Shown here one piece after another: positions 59,547-64,000 of a DNA stretch of 64,000 nucleotides. The stretch is from a virus (taxonomy: Duplodnaviria > Caudoviricetes), in IMG/VR virus record IMGVR_UViG_3300037010_001838; one strand, 5' to 3'. Position 1 is the stretch's first letter. Each line of letters begins with the position of its first letter. The notes under the pieces were generated by a model that saw only the letters and a list, made by a program, of their open reading frames with translations, was not told the DNA's origin and ran no database searches. The position numbers and the translations under genes were made by a program.

Positions 59547-60241
59547 AACTACGTGATCTATTCGAAGCGATGGATTTATACAAATACCACTCAAATCCAG
59601 AGAAGTTACATGGATATGATAAAAAGCACATGGCTACGCCTGAGATGGCCTATGATGCAGCAAAAAGTGGAAAGTTGAATGTGCAACAGAAGAAAGAAGC
59701 AGAATCTGTTATTGCAACAAATCCACGGTGGGCTTATAAGTATGCTCAACAAGTCATCGAAAGAAGATTTACTGAAGCAGAACCTGTTATTGCAAAAAAA
59801 GCAGATTGGGCTTATGTGTATGCACAACAAATCATCAAAGGAAGATGGCCTGAAGCAGAACCTGTTATTGCAAAAAAAGCAGATTGGGCTTATGAATATG
59901 CTCGTTCTATCATCCAAGGAAGATGGCCTAAAGCAGAACCTGTTATTGCAAAAAACCCACAGTGGGCTTATTGGTATGCTCGTAATGTCATCAAAGGAAG
60001 ATGGCCTGAAGCAGAACCTGTTATTGCAAAAGATCCAGGTTGGGCTTATGAGTATGCTCGTGAGGTCATCAAAGGAAGATGGCCTGAAGGAGAACCTGCT
60101 ATTGCAAAAGATCCACGGTGGGCTTATGAGTATGTTCTTCATTTCATCAAAGGAAGATTTCCTGAAGCAGAACCTGCTATTGCAAAAACCCCACACCTGG
60201 CTAAAAAATACAACGAATTCATCAAAGGACTTTCGAAATGA
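59543..60241 (+). CDS. 26-aa-repeat protein 10 (6 repeats)
   Basis: 232 aa; ATGA overlap. Confidence 0.93.
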   Translation: MKLRDLFEAMDLYKYHSNPEKLHGYDKKHMATPEMAYDAAKSGKLNVQQKKEAESVIATNPRWAYKYAQQVIERRFTEAEPVIAKKADWAYVYAQQIIKGRWPEAEPVIAKKADWAYEYARSIIQGRWPKAEPVIAKNPQWAYWYARNVIKGRWPEAEPVIAKDPGWAYEYAREVIKGRWPEGEPAIAKDPRWAYEYVLHFIKGRFPEAEPAIAKTPHLAKKYNEFIKGLSK

Positions 60242-60780
60242 AACTACGTGACTTACTCGAAGCAATGGATTTATATAAATATCATTCAAATCCAGAGAAG
60301 TTACATGGATATGATAAAAAGCACATGGCTACGCCTGAGATGGCTTTTGAAGCATTAAAAGGTGGAAAATTAAACGCACAACAGAAAAAAGAAGCAGAGT
60401 CTGTTGTTGCAACAGATCCAAGGTGGGCTTGTTTGTATGCTCGTAATGTCATCAAAGAAAGATTTCCTAAAGGAGAATCTGCTATTGCAAAAGATACACG
60501 TTGGGCTTGTTTGTATGCTCGTTATGTCATTAAAGGAAGATGGCCTGAAGGAGAACCTGCTATTGCAAAAAAAGCAGATTGGGCTTATGAGTATGCTCGT
60601 AATGTCATCAAAGGAAGATTTCCTGAAGCAGAATCTGTTATTGCAAAAGATCCAGAGTGGGCTTATGGGTATGCTCGTGATGTCATCAAAGAAAGATTTC
60701 CTGAAGGAGAACCTGTTATTGCAAAACATCCAGAGTGGGCTAAACCATACAACGAATTTATTAAAGGACTTTCAAAATGA
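60238..60780 (+). CDS. 26-aa-repeat protein 11 (4 repeats)
   Basis: 180 aa; ATGA overlap. Confidence 0.93.
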   Translation: MKLRDLLEAMDLYKYHSNPEKLHGYDKKHMATPEMAFEALKGGKLNAQQKKEAESVVATDPRWACLYARNVIKERFPKGESAIAKDTRWACLYARYVIKGRWPEGEPAIAKKADWAYEYARNVIKGRFPEAESVIAKDPEWAYGYARDVIKERFPEGEPVIAKHPEWAKPYNEFIKGLSK

Positions 60781-61475
60781 AACTACGTGATCTATTCGAA
60801 GCAATGGATTTATACAAATACCACTCAAATCCAGAGAAGTTACATGGATATGATAAAAAGCACATGGCTACGCCTGAGATGGCTTTTTTTGCATTAAAAG
60901 GTGGAAAATTAAATGCACAACAGAAAAAAGAAGCAGAATCTGTTGTTGCAACAGATCCACAGTGGGCTTATAGTTATGCTCGTAATGTCATCAAAGGAAG
61001 ATGGTCTGAAGCAGAACCTGCTATTGCAAAAGACCCAGAATGGGCTTTTTTGTATGCTCGTGATATCATCAAGGGAAGATGGCCTGAAGCAGAACCTGTT
61101 ATTGCAAAAGACCCAGAATGGGCTTTTTTGTATGCTCGTGATGTCATCAAGGGAAGATGGCCTGAAGGAGAACCTGCTATTGCAAAAAACCCACAGTGGG
61201 CTTATTGGTATGCTAGTAATGTCATCAAAGAAAGATTTCCTAAAGGAGAACCTGCTATTGCAAAAGATTCAGAATGGGCTTTTTTGTATGCTCGTGATGC
61301 CGTCAAAGGAAGATGGCCTGAAGCAGAACCTGCTATTGCAAAAGATCCACGTTGGGCTTATAATTATGCTCGTTCTGTCATCAAAGGAAGATGGCCTGAA
61401 GAAGAACCTGCTATTGCAAAAGATCCAACATATGCTAAACGGTATAAACAAGACATCAAAGGACTTTCGAAATGA
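60777..61475 (+). CDS. 26-aa-repeat protein 12 (6 repeats)
   Basis: 232 aa; ATGA overlap. Confidence 0.93.
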   Translation: MKLRDLFEAMDLYKYHSNPEKLHGYDKKHMATPEMAFFALKGGKLNAQQKKEAESVVATDPQWAYSYARNVIKGRWSEAEPAIAKDPEWAFLYARDIIKGRWPEAEPVIAKDPEWAFLYARDVIKGRWPEGEPAIAKNPQWAYWYASNVIKERFPKGEPAIAKDSEWAFLYARDAVKGRWPEAEPAIAKDPRWAYNYARSVIKGRWPEEEPAIAKDPTYAKRYKQDIKGLSK

Positions 61476-62092
61476 AACTACGCGACTTATTCGAAGCAAT
61501 GGATTTATACAAATATCACTCGAATCCAGAAAAATTGCATGGGTTTGATAAAAAACACATGGCTACTCCTGAGATGGCCTATGAGGCACTAGAGAGTGGA
61601 AAACTGAATGCACAACAAAAGAAAGAAGCAGAATCTGTTGTTGCAACAGACACAAAGTGGGCTTATGAGTATGCTCATGATGTCATCAAAGGAAGATGGC
61701 CTAAAGGAGAATCTGTCATTGCAAAAGATCCACGTTTGGCTTATATTTATGCTCGTGATGTCATCAAGGAAAGATTTCCTGAAGCAGAACCTGCTGTTGC
61801 AAAAGATCCACGTTTGGCTTATTGGTATGCTCGTGAGGTCATCAAAGGAAGGTTTCCTAAAGGAGAACCTGTTATTGCAAAAGATCCAGAGTTGGCTTAT
61901 GGGTATGCTCGTGATGTCATCAAAGAAAGATTTCCTAAAGGAGAATCTGTCATTGCAAAAGATCCAAAGTGGGCTTATGGGTATGCTCGTGATGTCATCA
62001 AAGAAAGATGGCCTGAAGGAGAACCTGCTATTGCAAAAGATCCAAAGTGGTCTAAAAATTACAACGAATTCATCAAAGGACTTTCGAAATGA
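61472..62092 (+). CDS. 26-aa-repeat protein 13 (5 repeats)
   Basis: 206 aa; ATGA overlap. Confidence 0.93.
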   Translation: MKLRDLFEAMDLYKYHSNPEKLHGFDKKHMATPEMAYEALESGKLNAQQKKEAESVVATDTKWAYEYAHDVIKGRWPKGESVIAKDPRLAYIYARDVIKERFPEAEPAVAKDPRLAYWYAREVIKGRFPKGEPVIAKDPELAYGYARDVIKERFPKGESVIAKDPKWAYGYARDVIKERWPEGEPAIAKDPKWSKNYNEFIKGLSK

Positions 62093-62631
62093 AATTACGC
62101 GACTTGTTTGAAGCAATGGATTTATACAAATATCACTCGAGTCCAGAAAAATTGCATGGGTTTGATAAAAAGCACATGGCTACGCCTGAGATGGCTTTTG
62201 AAGCATTAAAAGGTGGAAAATTAAACGCACAACAAAAGAAAGAAGCAGAGTCTGTTGTTGCAACAGATCCACAGTGGGCTTTTTTGTATGCTCGTGATGT
62301 CATCAAGGGAAGGTGGCCTGAAGGAGAACCTGCTATTGCAAAAGACCCAGAATGGGCTTTTTTGTATGCTCGTGATGTCATTGAAGGACGATGGTCTGAT
62401 GCAGAACCTGCTATTGCAAAAGATCCACGGTGGGCTTATTGGTATGCTCGTGATGTCATCAAAGGAAGATTTCCTGAAGCAGAATCTGTTATTGCAAAAG
62501 ATCCACGGTGGGCTTGTTGGTATGCTCGTTATGTCATCAAGGGAAGATGGCCTGAAGGAGAACCTGTTATTGCAAAAGATCCAGAATGGGCTAAAACATA
62601 CAACGAATTTATTAAAAGACTTTCGAAATGA
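62089..62631 (+). CDS. 26-aa-repeat protein 14 (4 repeats)
   Basis: 180 aa; ATGA overlap; ends KRLSK instead of KG(L/I)SK. Confidence 0.93.
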   Translation: MKLRDLFEAMDLYKYHSSPEKLHGFDKKHMATPEMAFEALKGGKLNAQQKKEAESVVATDPQWAFLYARDVIKGRWPEGEPAIAKDPEWAFLYARDVIEGRWSDAEPAIAKDPRWAYWYARDVIKGRFPEAESVIAKDPRWACWYARYVIKGRWPEGEPVIAKDPEWAKTYNEFIKRLSK

Positions 62632-62637
62632 AACTGC

Positions 62638-62780
62638 ACACTGGAAAATGTTTCTGGTGTAGCAACAATAAGAAAGTAGTCAATTGAACATTAAAATGTT
62701 GTTTTTCTTTATCTTCTCGGTGTATAATTATTTGAATGAGATAAAATTTATCTGCTAATATATAACAAACATGTTATATA
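62638..62780 (-). ncRNA. Candidate TnpB omega/reRNA scaffold and element right end
   Basis: Non-coding, directly 3' of the TnpB-like ORF, several hairpins (62759-62780 TATATAAC/GTTATATA; 62739-62753 AGATAAA/TTTATCT; 62638-62660 imperfect palindrome). Positional inference only. Confidence 0.35.
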
Positions 62781-64000
62781 TCATATAACAAAACACATGT
62801 CTTGTTGCAAATAAATTTCTGAAAACCATCCATTGCTGGAATTGGAACTCGATATCTCATTTTCGAGTCTTTGATGAACGTGAACAATTCTTTCCATGTT
62901 TTGTAATGTGGCCACTCTACTTCTTCCTTCCATAGGTTCTTTAGAGTGCAAACATTAATCAACATCGGATAGAATTCTTTACGTTTATATCCACGTCTTG
63001 CAATTTCACAAGCAGCAGAAATTGGGTCAGGTAATTGATAAATCAAATTACCAATAAAACTACTATAGTGAGGAAATACTTTTTTAACTGTGAAGAAACG
63101 TTTGCATCGTTTTTCGATCAGTTGGGCTGTTAATTTACGATTCCATACGTTGTTGACCAGTCGGTTAAAGTTCTTTCCTTTATTGTGGTTCTGGTTTTTG
63201 AATGATAGATCTTCTATTGTTAACAAATTCACATTATATCCAACACAGATGTGTTGTATTTGTTTTGATATCTGTGATATTTCGTGTTTGCTTTTGTTTA
63301 CAAGATAAGAACTGTTATCAGAATCGTTAATTGTAAGATCAGACAATTTCCACAATCTGGAAAACAGTCGGTTATCTTCATCAAAAATTGATAGAGCAAT
63401 ATAATTAGGATTTAGGTCAATCCCTGCATGTCTGGTGGCAATTGGAGTATAATTAATATTTGTTTCTAATTTTGTATCATCAAATGAAAAGAAAATATCT
63501 GTGTTTGTTAATTTAACTTGATAAGAAACCTGAGAATTTTCAGCACTTTGTTGAAGTTTGGTTAACAATTTTTTGTAATTGTTTTTTAACTTTGGTAAAG
63601 TCAACAAAATCTTTTGGTTTCGAGAAAGTTTAAAGATAACTAATGAATTTTCGATATCAAGTTCAAATTTTCTATTTCCGTGTTTGCTCGTCTCACCTAC
63701 AATTGACAATGGCAACAGTCGCAATTGTTGAATCTGTTCTTTTGACAGTTTTTGCAATGCCCTCTGTTTAAAATTGTTCTTGCCACCAAATATTCTGTTT
63801 GATTTTTCGGTTGATATATCAGAACTAGCCATTGCTAGCCCTTCATTCACTGCGCTATTTAATAGCCAACTGTCAGTTTCAGGCCATTTGTTGACCACAT
63901 CTCTGTACATATCATTACGATAAATACCTTCCATTCCACGATTGTAACAATATCGTACGACAGACGACAGTTGTTTTTGTAACTGTTCAATCGTTTGGAT
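62774..64000 (-). mobile_element. tnpB: TnpB-like RuvC nuclease of the IS200/IS605/IS607 superfamily (5' end beyond window)
   Basis: RuvC-I HAGIDLNP, RuvC-II LTIEDLSF, RuvC-III YSSFIGN..LPDPISAACEIARRG; the frame stays open from 63934 to the window edge (IQTIEQLQKQLSSVVRYCYNRG) with the typical R.xYN N-terminal motif. Confidence 0.8.

Larger units (their letters stand above)
53912..62631 (+). repeat. Tandem array of 14 paralogous repeat-protein genes, 71 copies of a 78-bp/26-aa unit
   Basis: Gene lengths 465/543/621/699 bp = constant part + n x 78; consensus xWAYxYARDVIKGR(W/F)P(E/K)(A/G)EP(A/V)IAKDP. Confidence 0.98.

Noticed and set aside
53912-62631. CRISPR array
   Set aside because: The 78-bp units are contiguous, in-frame coding repeats with no constant-repeat/unique-spacer alternation, and no cas1/cas2 are present.
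53912-62631. Diversity-generating retroelement as the source of variation
   Set aside because: Position-5 and -9 codons do look like NN(G/T) variation, but many adenines in the scaffold (ATC AAA GGA AGA, GCA AAA GAT) are invariant, and no reverse transcriptase or non-coding template repeat is in the window. Not excluded if an RT/TR exists elsewhere in the genome.
53912-62631. TALE, PPR, ankyrin or TPR assignment
   Set aside because: Unit length (26 aa) and consensus do not fit the 33-35-aa families; the similarity is architectural only.
54048-62662. Alternative-frame (MHNRKKKQ...) and antisense (MFCNSRF...) ORFs across the array
   Set aside because: Shadow ORFs produced by the repeated codon pattern; they are broken inconsistently between copies and lack RBSs.
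1-64000. Stop-codon reassignment as in some jumbo phages
   Set aside because: Core genes are full length under code 11, and TAA, TGA and TAG (e.g. 4606) all end genes at sensible positions.
62774-64000. Cas12f/Cas14 CRISPR effector
   Set aside because: No CRISPR array or adaptation genes nearby; TnpB-like is the more conservative call. It also lacks the usual C-terminal CxxC zinc finger.
1-64000. tRNA or rRNA genes
   Set aside because: None recognised by eye; intergenic spaces are short and AT-rich. A tRNAscan run would be needed to exclude them.

Overview
AT-rich, gene-dense segment of a large T4-type (jumbo-like) myophage genome. Left to right: the 5' end of a gp32-like SSB; a cluster of tail-fibre/appendage genes (0.3-10.4 kb); packaging and morphogenesis genes (terL, terS, gp4, tube, sheath, gp15/14/13, major capsid, scaffold, prohead protease, portal, tape measure, gp26/gp51-like); a recombination/late-transcription block (DinG-like helicase, RuvC-like resolvase, gp46/47, gp55-like sigma); baseplate genes; DsbA-like protein; and a family B DNA polymerase with an intein. 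The standout is 53.9-62.6 kb: a tandem array of 14 intact, ATGA-coupled paralogous genes. Each has a fixed 61-aa N-cap, 3-6 copies of a 26-aa repeat and a fixed 15-aa C-cap (71 repeats in total). The scaffold positions are conserved while a few positions on one predicted helix face are hypervariable. The array lies downstream of a T4-type late promoter, and every protein starts with an MKLRDL(F/L)E|A leader resembling a T4 capsid-targeting/prohead-protease site. I infer a shuffled library of capsid-packaged, injected binder proteins. A RuvC-intact TnpB-like gene abuts the end of the array. Other notable signals are a candidate -1 ribosomal frameshift joining the gp26-like and gp51-like ORFs and an RBS-sequestering hairpin overlapping a late promoter. 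All family assignments come from motif recognition by eye; no database searches were run.
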